From positions 49,988 to 113,987 of the forward strand of contig CALVJY010000003.1 of the NCBI GenBank assembly GCA_944332455.1: a stretch of 64,000 nt of DNA, written 5' to 3'. Below the pieces are notes generated by a model, which saw nothing but the letters and a program-made list of their open reading frames with translations, had not been told where the DNA came from and did no database searches. The number at the start of each line of letters is the position of its first letter. Within the stretch, counting starts at the first letter, position 1. Position numbers and translations under genes: made by a program. Positions 48,854 through 57,346 of this stretch are shown here, piece by piece. This stretch comes from an uncultured Clostridia bacterium (GTDB taxonomy: Bacteria; Bacillota; Clostridia; Christensenellales; HGM11417).

Positions 48854-49236
48854 GGCAGTAAACTTAGGATGATCTCGATGACCGCGCTCAGCAGCGGGAG
48901 CGAGATGATCAAAATCAGCACCTTTCCTCCGAACAGGATTTTGTCCGCGATGCCCCGGCTTCCCGAGTCCTCGCAGATGTGGGCGGCAAACTCGGTGATG
49001 TATCCGATGCCGATGATCTTCAGGACGGCCTGCAAAATTTCCAGGTCGATGCCGGACTTGTCCATCAGGGCCTGGAGGGCCGAAATGGCCTCGGTCAGGT
49101 AGTTGACCACCGAGAACAGAATGAGGATCCCGGCCGCCAGACCGATCAGCACGGCGACGTCCGGGCGGTGTTCCCGGACGAAGAGGACCAGCAGGGAGGC
49201 CGTGATGCCGATGGCGGCGATCTTGAGGATTTCCAT
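48850..49236 (-). CDS. spoIIIAD: Stage III sporulation protein AD
   Basis: 128 aa. MEILKIAAIGITASLLVLFVREHRPD... matches SpoIIIAD. Confidence 0.85.
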   Translation of the reverse strand: MEILKIAAIGITASLLVLFVREHRPDVAVLIGLAAGILILFSVVNYLTEAISALQALMDKSGIDLEILQAVLKIIGIGYITEFAAHICEDSGSRGIADKILFGGKVLILIISLPLLSAVIEIILSLLP

Positions 49237-49239
49237 GGC

Positions 49240-49437
49240 CTAGTAAAGCGAAAAGAGATTTTTCAGGGTGTCGAACAGGGTGCCGATCATGCCGATGACC
49301 ATGCTCAGCACGATGACCAGCCCCGCCAGTGTGGTCAGGGTGGCCAGCTCCTCCTTGTCCGCCTTTTTCAGGATCTGACAGCACACCGCAGTCAGGATCC
49401 CGATGGCCGCGATCTTGAAGATGACCTCAACTTCCAT
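49240..49437 (-). CDS. spoIIIAC: Stage III sporulation protein AC
   Basis: 65 aa. IFKIAAIGILTAVCCQILKKADKEE... matches SpoIIIAC. Confidence 0.85.
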   Translation of the reverse strand: MEVEVIFKIAAIGILTAVCCQILKKADKEELATLTTLAGLVIVLSMVIGMIGTLFDTLKNLFSLY

Positions 49438-49450
49438 GCCTTGTCCCCTT

Positions 49451-49924
49451 TTACAGTAAAACGATACAGATCAAAAGTCCGGCCGTGAACCCCAGCTTGA
49501 CGTACATCGCGGCAAACTTCCTGCGCTCCCGCTCGGCCTCCTGCCGCAGCCGGGAAAACTCCTCCTCCGCCCGGGCCAGGATCTCCCCGGTCCGGCCGGC
49601 GTCCGATTTTCCCAGGGCCCGCAGCAGCTCGCACAGCCGCCGGAATTCCTCCTCCTTGAGGCCTGGATTCGGAAGGGGCTTTTCCCCGCCCTCCAGTCCC
49701 GCCACAAAGGCCCCGAGCAGATCCGAAAGGGTGCCAAGCTCCTCTCCCGCCCGCAGCAGAGCCGCGGGCAGGCGCTCCCGGAAGAAACAGAGGTCGTCCT
49801 TGAGCCGTACGATCAGCCGGAGGATCTCCCCCAGGATCTCCTCCCGGCGGAAGTAGGTGCGGGAGACGGCATAGCCGCAGTAGGTGGTGCAGGCCACGAT
49901 GCAGGCGCAGAGCAGGACGATCAT
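49451..49924 (-). CDS. spoIIIAB: Stage III sporulation protein AB
   Basis: 157 aa. TM helices at both termini and a helical middle region. Position fits. Confidence 0.75.
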   Translation of the reverse strand: MIVLLCACIVACTTYCGYAVSRTYFRREEILGEILRLIVRLKDDLCFFRERLPAALLRAGEELGTLSDLLGAFVAGLEGGEKPLPNPGLKEEEFRRLCELLRALGKSDAGRTGEILARAEEEFSRLRQEAERERRKFAAMYVKLGFTAGLLICIVLL

Positions 49925-50796
49925 TGCAGGGCATAGACCAACCGGGATCCGGCGTCGAACAGCCCCTCCACCGTGCCCCGGCCCCGCGCGGAGGAGAGCA
50001 CCGCAAAGCGCTCGAAGTAGCCGGCCGGAAAACCCTTCTTTTTCAGGTCAGACAGCCCCCCGGCGTGCACGGTGGCCACCACGCCCACGCCGGCCGCCTC
50101 CGCCTCCTTCAGAAAGGGAAGGTCCTCCTCCCCCCGAAGTTCGTCGCAGAGCACAAAATCCGGCGCCATGGCCCGGATCCCCATCAAAAAGCCCTCCCGC
50201 TTGGAGCAGTTTTTCAGGACGTCCAGATCCTGGGTCCCGGGCAGGCAGAGCTCGCCCCGCTCGTCCAGGAGCAGCACGTTCTTGCCCTCCCCGCTCAAAA
50301 GCCGGGCGACGTCCCGCAAAAGGGTGGTCTTGCCTCCCCCCGGCGGGGAGAGGATGAGCAGTTTTGTGACCCCGCTCCGGAAGGTCTCCGTCAAAAAGGA
50401 GGCGCACCCCCGGACCTCATGGGGCAGGCGGATGAGCAGGGCGTTGAGGTTTTTGAGGGCGGTCACCCGGCCCCGCTCGGTCACGCATTCCCCGCACAGT
50501 CCCAGGCGGATCCCCTCGCCCACGCTCAGAAAACCCTCCCGGATCTGGTGTTCATAGGCGTGCACCGAGTGATCGCAGGCCCGCAGAAAGATCCCGTCCA
50601 GGACCTCCCGGGAGGCCCTGACGGCCTGTCCCCGGTTCAGGGTCAGTCCCACGGGCGAACAAAAATACCGCCCCTGCGCGGTCTCGGCGAAGATCGGGCA
50701 GTTCAGCCGCAGGCGGATCTCAAAGATCTTTTCCTCGGCCTGCAGGCAGGCGTGCAGCGCAGGCGGCAGGATCTTTTTGAGGACGCTTTCTTTCAT
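49921..50796 (-). CDS. spoIIIAA: Stage III sporulation protein AA (secretion-type ATPase)
   Basis: 291 aa. ILPPALHACL...EIRLRLNCP at the N-terminus and Walker A SPPGGGKTTLLRD. Confidence 0.85.
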   Translation of the reverse strand: MKESVLKKILPPALHACLQAEEKIFEIRLRLNCPIFAETAQGRYFCSPVGLTLNRGQAVRASREVLDGIFLRACDHSVHAYEHQIREGFLSVGEGIRLGLCGECVTERGRVTALKNLNALLIRLPHEVRGCASFLTETFRSGVTKLLILSPPGGGKTTLLRDVARLLSGEGKNVLLLDERGELCLPGTQDLDVLKNCSKREGFLMGIRAMAPDFVLCDELRGEEDLPFLKEAEAAGVGVVATVHAGGLSDLKKKGFPAGYFERFAVLSSARGRGTVEGLFDAGSRLVYALQ

Positions 50797-50802
50797 ACCC
50801 TT

Positions 50803-50831
50803 ACCCTATGACGGACTTGTCCCGAATATGC
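50803..50831 (-). promoter_or_regulatory. Mother-cell (sigma-E type) promoter candidate abutting the spoIIIAA ATG
   Basis: On the minus strand: GCATATT-14 nt-CATAGGGT, then only 6 nt (AAGGGT) before the ATG. Confidence 0.4.
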
Positions 50832-50912
50832 CCGCTCCAGCCCCGATCTTCCCGTTTTTTTCTCATTTAAAAAGGAGGTCCCGGCCCGCTTCTGAATAAA
50901 TTTTAAAATATA

Positions 50913-50927
50913 AAAATGTTCAATAAT
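50913..50927 (-). repeat. AT-rich 15-mer motif copy (reverse complement ATTATTGAACATTTT)
   Basis: Read directly. One mismatch to the exact 15-mer. Confidence 0.8.
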
Positions 50928-51441
50928 GATTTTATTTTTAATTTTTATATATTTTCTCTTCGTCCGGAACAGAAAACCTCAGCCCTTCCGTCTGTCGACG
51001 GTTCATGGTATGCCTGATACAGCGGAAGGGCTTGTCACTGATTGCATTTTTCCTTTGCGTTTTTCGTGTCCCGGCAGGAAACGTGGTCGCCTCAGCCCGT
51101 CTCGGTTCAGGGCCTGCCAAAACCAAAAGGTCTTGGCTATGATCCTAGTTTTCTTATGTTAGATCCCGATTCCGGGGAAATGCTCCCGCCCTGTTTTGAC
51201 CCGACCTTTCGAGGCGGAATCTTATCCACGATCTTATTTTCGTTTCCTGTCCCGGCAGGGCCCCTTTGGCCCCGGTTCCGAAATGCATGAAAAGACCGAT
51301 CTTTGAAAACCGCGAAGCGGGCGCCCCTTTGTCTCTCCCGCGCGCCGCTGCAACAAAGTCCTGCGGCGCGCGCAACCTTCGCCTCTCCCATAAGCCGCTC
51401 ACAGACAAGGTCCTGCGGCGCTCGTTTTCGTCCGGCTTTTC

Positions 51442-51470
51442 GCATAATTTCGGGCCGATCTCTCATACTA
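51442..51470 (+). promoter_or_regulatory. Forespore (sigma-G type) promoter candidate abutting the DUF421 ATG
   Basis: GCATA-17 nt-CATACTA, then 8 nt before ATG 51479. I see no Shine-Dalgarno. Confidence 0.45.
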
Positions 51471-51478
51471 AGACCGGT

Positions 51479-52183
51479 ATGTACATCGTCTTTTTCCGAA
51501 GCATTTTTATCTTCGTCATTCTGCTGATCGTCATCCGGCTGATGGGCAAGCGGCAGATCGGGGAGATGCAGCCCTTCGAGCTGACCATCACCCTGATCAT
51601 CGCCGACCTTGCCACCATTCCGATGTCGGACACCTCCATCCCCCTGCTCTACGGGGTGGTCAGCATTTTTACCCTGTTCATCCTCCATCAGGTGATCAGC
51701 CTGATCGAGCGAAAGAGCCGTTTTCTGTCCGGGATCATCTCGGGGACGCCCACCATCGTCATCAACTCCAAGGGGGTCAACTTTCGGGAGATCGAAAGGC
51801 AGAATCTGAGCATTGACGACCTGCTGGAGAGCATCAGGGGAGCGGGCTACTCCAGCTTTGACGAGATCGCCTTTGCCATTTTCGAGACCAACGGCAAGCT
51901 GAGCGTCATTCCCAAAAAATCGGGAGATAAAAAGCCGGACCAGGCCGACAAGGCCGAACTGCCCATCGTGGTGATCGAACAGGGCAAGATCTCCGAACAA
52001 CAGCTGAAGGTGATGAAGCTGACCCCCGATTGGATCCGGGCCCGCCTCCGGGAACAGTCGATCCGGGATCTGAAAAAGGTGGAACTCTGCACTTTGGACA
52101 ACCACGGCAAGATGTTCCTGCAGATCAAGGACAAGGGGTACGAAGTGCTGAAAACGGACTACGAAGGGGGTGTGATCTGGTGA
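51479..52183 (+). CDS. DUF421 domain membrane protein (YetF/YdfS-like)
   Basis: Start trimmed to ATG 51479. MYIVFFRSIFIFVILLIVIRLMGKRQIGEMQPFELTITLIIADLA is the family N-terminus. Confidence 0.8.
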   Translation: MYIVFFRSIFIFVILLIVIRLMGKRQIGEMQPFELTITLIIADLATIPMSDTSIPLLYGVVSIFTLFILHQVISLIERKSRFLSGIISGTPTIVINSKGVNFREIERQNLSIDDLLESIRGAGYSSFDEIAFAIFETNGKLSVIPKKSGDKKPDQADKAELPIVVIEQGKISEQQLKVMKLTPDWIRARLREQSIRDLKKVELCTLDNHGKMFLQIKDKGYEVLKTDYEGGVIW

Positions 52184-52554
52184 AAAACTGGCTGATCCCC
52201 CTCCTCTTTCTGGCGCTGATCGTGGGCGGCGGCGTGCTGGAACAGGTGACCCTGAGCCGGCAGTTCGAGACCTTTGACCGCGAACTGGACGCCCTGGCCC
52301 AAAAGATCGAACAAAAGACGGCCACCGAGGAGGAAATGGACGAATTGGAACGGTGGTGGGACGAGGCAAAAAAGGTCATGCACACCTACATCCCCCACAC
52401 CGAGATCCGGGAGATCGACTACTGGCTGGCCGAGGCCAAAAGCCTGGTCAGGACCGGAAACTTTGAGCTGGCGGACGCCAAACTGACCGTGCTGCGCACC
52501 ATCACCTCCGCCCTGCCCGACAACTTCCGCATCAATTTTGAAAACCTTTTGTAA
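52180..52554 (+). CDS. DUF4363 family protein
   Basis: GTG start at 52180, overlapping the DUF421 stop (GTGA). About 124 aa, with an N-terminal TM and a helical body. The DUF421/DUF4363 pairing is typical. Confidence 0.7.
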   Translation: MKNWLIPLLFLALIVGGGVLEQVTLSRQFETFDRELDALAQKIEQKTATEEEMDELERWWDEAKKVMHTYIPHTEIREIDYWLAEAKSLVRTGNFELADAKLTVLRTITSALPDNFRINFENLL

Positions 52555-52560
52555 GACAAA

Positions 52561-52589
52561 AGACCTCCCCAGAAGGAAGGTCTTTTTTT
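52561..52589 (+). terminator. Intrinsic terminator after the DUF4363 gene
   Basis: AGACCTCC-ccagaa-GGAAGGTCT followed by TTTTTTT. Confidence 0.7.
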
Positions 52590-52610
52590 GCTATTTTTTT
52601 GATATAAATT

Positions 52611-52625
52611 ATTATTGAAAATTTT
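52611..52625 (+). repeat. AT-rich 15-mer motif copy, exact ATTATTGAAAATTTT
   Basis: Read directly. Confidence 0.9.
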
Positions 52626-52646
52626 ATGATAACAAATTCTTGTGCT

Positions 52647-53273
52647 TCAGAGGAGCCAAAACAGCAGGGCGGCGCACAGCCCCCACCCCAAGAGGAGGCA
52701 CAGCGCGAAGATCAGCCAAGACGGCGCGGACAACGGCTCTTCGTCCGGTCCGCCCGCCGGCAGCACCCGTCCGGAGAGAGAATCCAGCACCCAGAAACCG
52801 CCCTGCGGACGGGAGACAGCCGCCTGCCAGACGGGGAGAAAGCACAGACACTCGACCCGCTCCTCCTGTTTGAAAAAGGAAGAGCCGGGTTCCCCGTTTT
52901 CCGCGGAGGGAAAGAGCCTCCCCTCGTCCAGGGCCACCCGGTCGATTTCCCCCGGCGCGGCCTCGCGGCGCCAGCGGCGAAGCCGGCCGGCCGGTGCGTT
53001 CAGCGCCCGGAGCTTTTTTCCCCTGCGCACAAAGATCACCGGATAGTAGGCCCTTTGGATCTCTGCCTCCCGGAAGTCCGGCATTTTCCGGCGGCAGAGG
53101 GAGAGGATCTCCTCCTCCCCCTCGGGCCGGCCGCAGACAAACACCTTTCCTTCCCGCCGGAGGCGTTCGATCTCGCAGAGGCAGTCGCTGCTCAGCCCTT
53201 CGTAGTCCAGCAGACAGAGGGGCCTGGCCCTCCCCTTCGCCCCCGACTTTTTTTCGTTTGACGCCCGCTTCAT
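52647..53273 (-). CDS. Hypothetical tail-anchored membrane protein (208 aa)
   Basis: Start trimmed to ATG 53273. Arg/Cys-rich soluble part and a single C-terminal TM (WLIFALCLLLGWGLCAALLFWLL). I recognise no family. Confidence 0.45.
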   Translation of the reverse strand: MKRASNEKKSGAKGRARPLCLLDYEGLSSDCLCEIERLRREGKVFVCGRPEGEEEILSLCRRKMPDFREAEIQRAYYPVIFVRRGKKLRALNAPAGRLRRWRREAAPGEIDRVALDEGRLFPSAENGEPGSSFFKQEERVECLCFLPVWQAAVSRPQGGFWVLDSLSGRVLPAGGPDEEPLSAPSWLIFALCLLLGWGLCAALLFWLL

Positions 53274-53375
53274 CCTTTGTCTGATCCCTCGTTTTCGTCC
53301 CTTCGCTGCCTCTATTATATACGAATATTTTTCGTAAGTCAATAATTTTACGAATATTTTTAGTAAAATCAAGGT

Positions 53376-53582
53376 ATGGAAAAAATTACTTTGCGCATCC
53401 GGGAACTTCGGAAGGAGCGGAAGATGACCCAGACCCAGCTGGCAGAACTTCTGGCCACCACCCAGGACACCGTTTCGCTGTGGGAGCTGGGCAAAAGCTA
53501 CCCCGACATCCCCTCTCTGGTCCGGCTGTGCGACATCTTCGACGTCTCGGCGGACTATCTTTTGGGACGGTCCGACTACTGA
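53376..53582 (+). CDS. XRE-family helix-turn-helix transcriptional regulator (68 aa)
   Basis: LRIRELRKERKMTQTQLAELLATTQDTVSLWELGKSYPDIPSLVRLCDIFDVSADYLLG is a canonical HTH_3 domain. Confidence 0.85.
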   Translation: MEKITLRIRELRKERKMTQTQLAELLATTQDTVSLWELGKSYPDIPSLVRLCDIFDVSADYLLGRSDY

Positions 53583-54032
53583 ACAAGTTTGCCCGTCGCC
53601 ATCCCGGAGAGAAATTTCCGGCAATTTCCTTTCCCTCCTGAAGTCCTTTTCACGGCCGCTCCCGGCCGCCCGGAAAGAACGCCCGCGGCTGCTGCCGTAC
53701 CATCTCGCAATCATTCACGGCTGCCGGCGCATCATTCCTAAAATCATTCACGGATTGGCTCGCCATCCCGGAATGGTCTTCGTCCGTCCTGCCCTCCCGG
53801 AGCCTTCCGGTTTCTTTCCTGGCCGAAGAAGTTCCCGCTTGTCCTTTCCCCGGAGGCCGACTTTTCCGCCTCCCGAAGGAAAACCCGCCCCCTCTCCCGC
53901 AGAATTTTTTCCGCTTCTGCCGATCCGGCCCGCCTTTCAGGGCCGCTTTCACGTTCTGATCGTCAAGGGACAAAAAAAGAACGCGCTCCCTCGGTTCGCG
54001 TTCTTTTTTCCATAAAATCCGGACATAAAAAG

Positions 54033-54047
54033 ATTATTGAAAATTTT
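54033..54047 (+). repeat. AT-rich 15-mer motif copy, exact ATTATTGAAAATTTT
   Basis: Read directly. Confidence 0.9.
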
Positions 54048-54216
54048 AAGGCAGCACTGCACGAAGATTGTGTGCGGATTGCGCAGTCAGATTTTTCCCA
54101 ATTCGTCCAAAATCGACGCAGGAATACTGAACGTATTTCAAGGAGATTTTGGGCCAAGTGGCGGAAAACCAAGCAAGGCGTTCAAAGCCGTCAGGCGGTC
54201 TTTGGGCGGGGATGCC

Positions 54217-55125
54217 TTAAGATCTCTGTTTGGAGCTGCGCCTGACAAAATGGACCAGCAGATCTATCGCCAGAAAGAGCAGCACGGTGCCGGCGAAGAT
54301 CCAGAGCATTTCCCCCAGGCCGATGGTGGCGCCGAAGAAGTCCATGTTCATGGAGAAGCCTTCCCGCAGGCCCTCGGCGGCAGGCGGAACGGAAGCGGCG
54401 ATCTCGCTTAAAGCGCCGTTCATGAACAGATTGCGGAAGGCCCCGGCCGAATAGGTGCCGGGGATGAAGAGCACCAGGTACTGCACCGCGGTCGGAAAGA
54501 CCGAAATGGGCATGTAGGCGCCGGTCAGAAAGCCGATGGCCGCGCTGAGGATCCCCACAAAGGCGCCGTGTGCGTTGGTGCTTTTGAAGAAGGAGCAGAC
54601 CAGCGTGCTGATCAGGGCGGCCGAGAGCACCGAGAGCAGGGTCAGGCCGAGGATGCCGAACACGTCCCCCGCCGAAAGGTACCAGCCCGAAAAGGCCAGA
54701 TAGCCGAACGAGACGGCCAGCACCACCAGGCAGATGACCGCCGTGACCACCACGTTGCTGACGAAGTAGGCAAAGGTCACGGTCTGCCTCCCCACCGGGG
54801 AAACCAGAATGTCCGAGAGCACGTTCCGCTCCCGGTCGGCGATCATGATGTTCTGGGCCGAAAAGGAGACGGTGATGCAGGAGACCGCCATGACGCCGGC
54901 CAGCATCCAGCCGTCCACAAAGGCGCGGAGCACGTTTTCCTCCACCGGAACGCCCTGCAGGGCGGCCTCGGCGCTGGACATCTGGACCTCGCCCAGAAAC
55001 AGCACGTAAAGGAGCAGCACGATGAGCGGGGCCAGCAGGGAGAAGAACACCCCCACCTTGTCCCGGAGAAAGATGCGCAGGCTGCGCCCCACCAGCCGGC
55101 CCATAGCCAGAAGTTCGCCCTTCAT
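54217..55125 (-). CDS. ABC-2 type transporter permease
   Basis: 302 aa with a 6-TM ABC-2 pattern. Its start overlaps the ATPase stop. Confidence 0.8.
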   Translation of the reverse strand: MKGELLAMGRLVGRSLRIFLRDKVGVFFSLLAPLIVLLLYVLFLGEVQMSSAEAALQGVPVEENVLRAFVDGWMLAGVMAVSCITVSFSAQNIMIADRERNVLSDILVSPVGRQTVTFAYFVSNVVVTAVICLVVLAVSFGYLAFSGWYLSAGDVFGILGLTLLSVLSAALISTLVCSFFKSTNAHGAFVGILSAAIGFLTGAYMPISVFPTAVQYLVLFIPGTYSAGAFRNLFMNGALSEIAASVPPAAEGLREGFSMNMDFFGATIGLGEMLWIFAGTVLLFLAIDLLVHFVRRSSKQRS

Positions 55126-56054
55126 TCCGCATCCTCCTTCAGCTGTTTTCCGGTTACCTTCAAAAAGACGTCGTCCATGTCTCCCTTGACCACCTCGAAG
55201 TCGTCGATCTCCCGGTCGAAGCGCCGCAGCACCTCCTTGGCCGCCCGGCTGTCCGCCACCGGAAGCAGGTAGCAGTTCTGCTCGTAGACGGGTGCAAAGG
55301 GGGAAAAGGCGGCGTCCAGCTGAGGCGATCTGGGGGCGTAGACCCGGACATAGTCCGAACAGAAGCGCTCCTTCAGCCGCACCGGCGAATCCTGGGCCGC
55401 GATCCGGCCGGCGTCCAGAATGACCACATTGTCGGCCCGGTTGGCCTCCTCCATGTAGTGGGTGGTCAGAAACACGGTCATCCCCCGCTGTTTCCGCAGC
55501 CCCTCCAGCACCGACCAGACCGTCTTGCGGGTCTGCGGGTCCAGCCCGGTGGTCGGCTCGTCCAGAATGAGCAGGGAGGGCTGATGCAGCAGCGCCCGGG
55601 CAATGTCCGCCCGCCGGCGCTGGCCGCCCGAAAGAGTCCCGTAACGCCGGTCCAGAATGTCGGAGAGCGCAAGTTCCTCGGACAGCTCCTTCAGCCTTTC
55701 GGACCAGGCCCTGCCGGACAGGCCGTACAGGCCGGCCCGCACGGAAAGATTGTCCCGGATCGACAGGGCGTTGTCCAACACCGAGCCCTGAAAGACCACA
55801 CCGATCTCCCGCCGGATCTTTTCCGGCTCGCGGTCCAGGTCGAACCCGGCCGCCGACACCCTGCCCTCGTCCTTGGGAAGCAGGGTGCAGACGATGTTGA
55901 TGGTGGTGCTCTTGCCCGCCCCGTTCAGTCCCAGAAAGGCGAACAGGCTGCCCTGCTCCACCGAGAAGGAGATCCCGTCCACGGCGCGGACCTCCCCGAA
56001 ATGTTTTTTTAATCCCTCGATCTCCAGGATCTTCAATTGCCTTCCTCCAACCAT
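55122..56054 (-). CDS. ABC transporter ATP-binding protein (DrrA-like)
   Basis: Walker A GLNGAGKST, signature LSGGQRRR and Walker B LLILDEPT. An alternative TTG start at 56036 follows GGAGGAAGG. Confidence 0.9.
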   Translation of the reverse strand: MVGGRQLKILEIEGLKKHFGEVRAVDGISFSVEQGSLFAFLGLNGAGKSTTINIVCTLLPKDEGRVSAAGFDLDREPEKIRREIGVVFQGSVLDNALSIRDNLSVRAGLYGLSGRAWSERLKELSEELALSDILDRRYGTLSGGQRRRADIARALLHQPSLLILDEPTTGLDPQTRKTVWSVLEGLRKQRGMTVFLTTHYMEEANRADNVVILDAGRIAAQDSPVRLKERFCSDYVRVYAPRSPQLDAAFSPFAPVYEQNCYLLPVADSRAAKEVLRRFDREIDDFEVVKGDMDDVFLKVTGKQLKEDAE

Positions 56055-56097
56055 CGCGATTTTGGGGACTTTTCCTGAAAATCCCGCGTTTATCCTT

Positions 56098-56135
56098 GCA
56101 TAGTACTATGCAAAACCCCGGTTTTTCACAGTACT
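56098..56135 (+). repeat. Palindromic dispersed repeat, copy e (degenerate right arm)
   Basis: GCATAGTACTATGCAAAACCCCGGTTTTTCACAGTACT, followed by TTTTCC. Lies 44 nt upstream of the ABC ATPase ATG. Confidence 0.85.
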
Positions 56136-56557
56136 TTTCCCGGCTTTTGTGCTTTTATCCCTATTTATTTCCTGCTGCGGGGGCTGCGGATCCTCCCGCA
56201 ACGAGAGGCTCCGATCCGCCGGACACCCGGCCCGGAAAGGAGACCAGCGGAGGAGAACGTTTCCGGCAAAGTGCTTGCTGCGGCTTTTCCTCTCGTTTGT
56301 GCTCTTTGGGGGCTTACCCTTACCCGCTGAAGAGGCGGATCCTCTCCGAGCGGGGGCATCTTTCCAACCGGGAGGCCGCCCTTTTGTGCCGGATCTTGGC
56401 TCCGCGGACGGAGATCCCGGCGGCACCTTTGGAGACCCCCGTAGCTATTATAACCTTCGTCTCCCCCCTCTGTCAAGAAAAGGGCGGTCATCTGACAAAT
56501 TTTACCCAAAACGGACAAGATCCTGACACAACCTTTACATTTTGTTTCCGAGAAGGT

Positions 56558-56586
56558 TTGACAGGCCCTCCCTTTTTTGTTATAAT
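56558..56586 (+). promoter_or_regulatory. Perfect consensus sigma-A promoter (TTGACA-17-TATAAT)
   Basis: TTGACA at 56558-56563 and TATAAT at 56581-56586. RBS GGGAGG and the ATG at 56613 follow. Confidence 0.8.
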
Positions 56587-56612
56587 AGGAGAAAAGATAG
56601 GGAGGAAACTTT

Positions 56613-57107
56613 ATGATCTTTCAGAAAAACGTCAACGGCGTCGATTACACCTACGAGGAAAGCTTTTGGACCGGCAAAAAGAAGCTGTCCATGAACGGCG
56701 TTCCCCTCACCCCCGTCTCCCGGCGGGAGTTCCGCTACCTGGATCAGGGCGGCGCCGAGCGGAGGATCTCCGTCAAGGGAAACTTTCTGGGCGGCATCAC
56801 GCTGCTGTACGAGGGCGGAAGCGTGGAACTGCTGAAAAACAAATGGTACGAGTGGGTGCTGATCTTTGTTCCCCTGCTCGGCTTCCTCGTCGGCATCTTC
56901 GGCGGGGCCATCGGCGGAGGGCTGAGCGCGGTCTTCTGTCTGGGCGCCGCCTTCATCAACGCCACGATCCTGCGGAGCAAACTGAATCTTGTTTTAAAAA
57001 TTTTGTTCACCGTTCTGGTGACTGTCGGCATGAATGTGGCCTGGTTTTTGATCCTGGGCCTGATCGCGGGCGGACTGGCCCTGGCCTTTCCCGGCCTCTT
57101 CGCCTGA
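56613..57107 (+). CDS. Hypothetical membrane protein (164 aa)
   Basis: Strong promoter and RBS. A soluble N-terminal roughly 75 aa followed by three Gly-rich TM helices. I recognise no family. Confidence 0.5.
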   Translation: MIFQKNVNGVDYTYEESFWTGKKKLSMNGVPLTPVSRREFRYLDQGGAERRISVKGNFLGGITLLYEGGSVELLKNKWYEWVLIFVPLLGFLVGIFGGAIGGGLSAVFCLGAAFINATILRSKLNLVLKILFTVLVTVGMNVAWFLILGLIAGGLALAFPGLFA

Positions 57108-57346
57108 ACATTCCCAAGGGCGAGGCCGAAGCGGACCGAACTTGTGAGCGGATCTTTGCTTGAAACTTCTTTGCGAGAGACGAAAGGTCCTTTCCGTTTT
57201 TGTCCCTTTTTCACCCGGTTTTCATTTTTGCGACCTGACCGACCTTCGGAATCTTCCGAAGGTCGATTTTTTTCACCCTTTCTTCACAATAAAACGCGGG
57301 GCCGGACGGTATAGTAGGCGGAGGGAATCGGAAAGGAGCAAAGATC

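Noticed and set aside
47645-49384. A 579-aa version of spoIIIAE extending upstream across spoIIIAD.
   Set aside because: The upstream 177 aa are Arg/Gly/His-rich nonsense overlapping the genuine spoIIIAD frame. The real start is ATG 48853, with a signal-like MKKRMSPRRKKIRLL.
52647-53714. A 355-aa minus-strand ORF covering the XRE gene on the opposite strand.
   Set aside because: The N-terminal 147 aa overlap the well-formed HTH gene and the AT-rich promoter region. It was trimmed to ATG 53273.
56096-57163. A 355-aa plus-strand ORF covering the ABC-exporter upstream region and the 164-aa membrane protein in another frame.
   Set aside because: It has Arg/Pro/Gly-rich low-complexity translation and no RBS. 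It crosses a perfect sigma-A promoter and RBS that define the real 56613 start.
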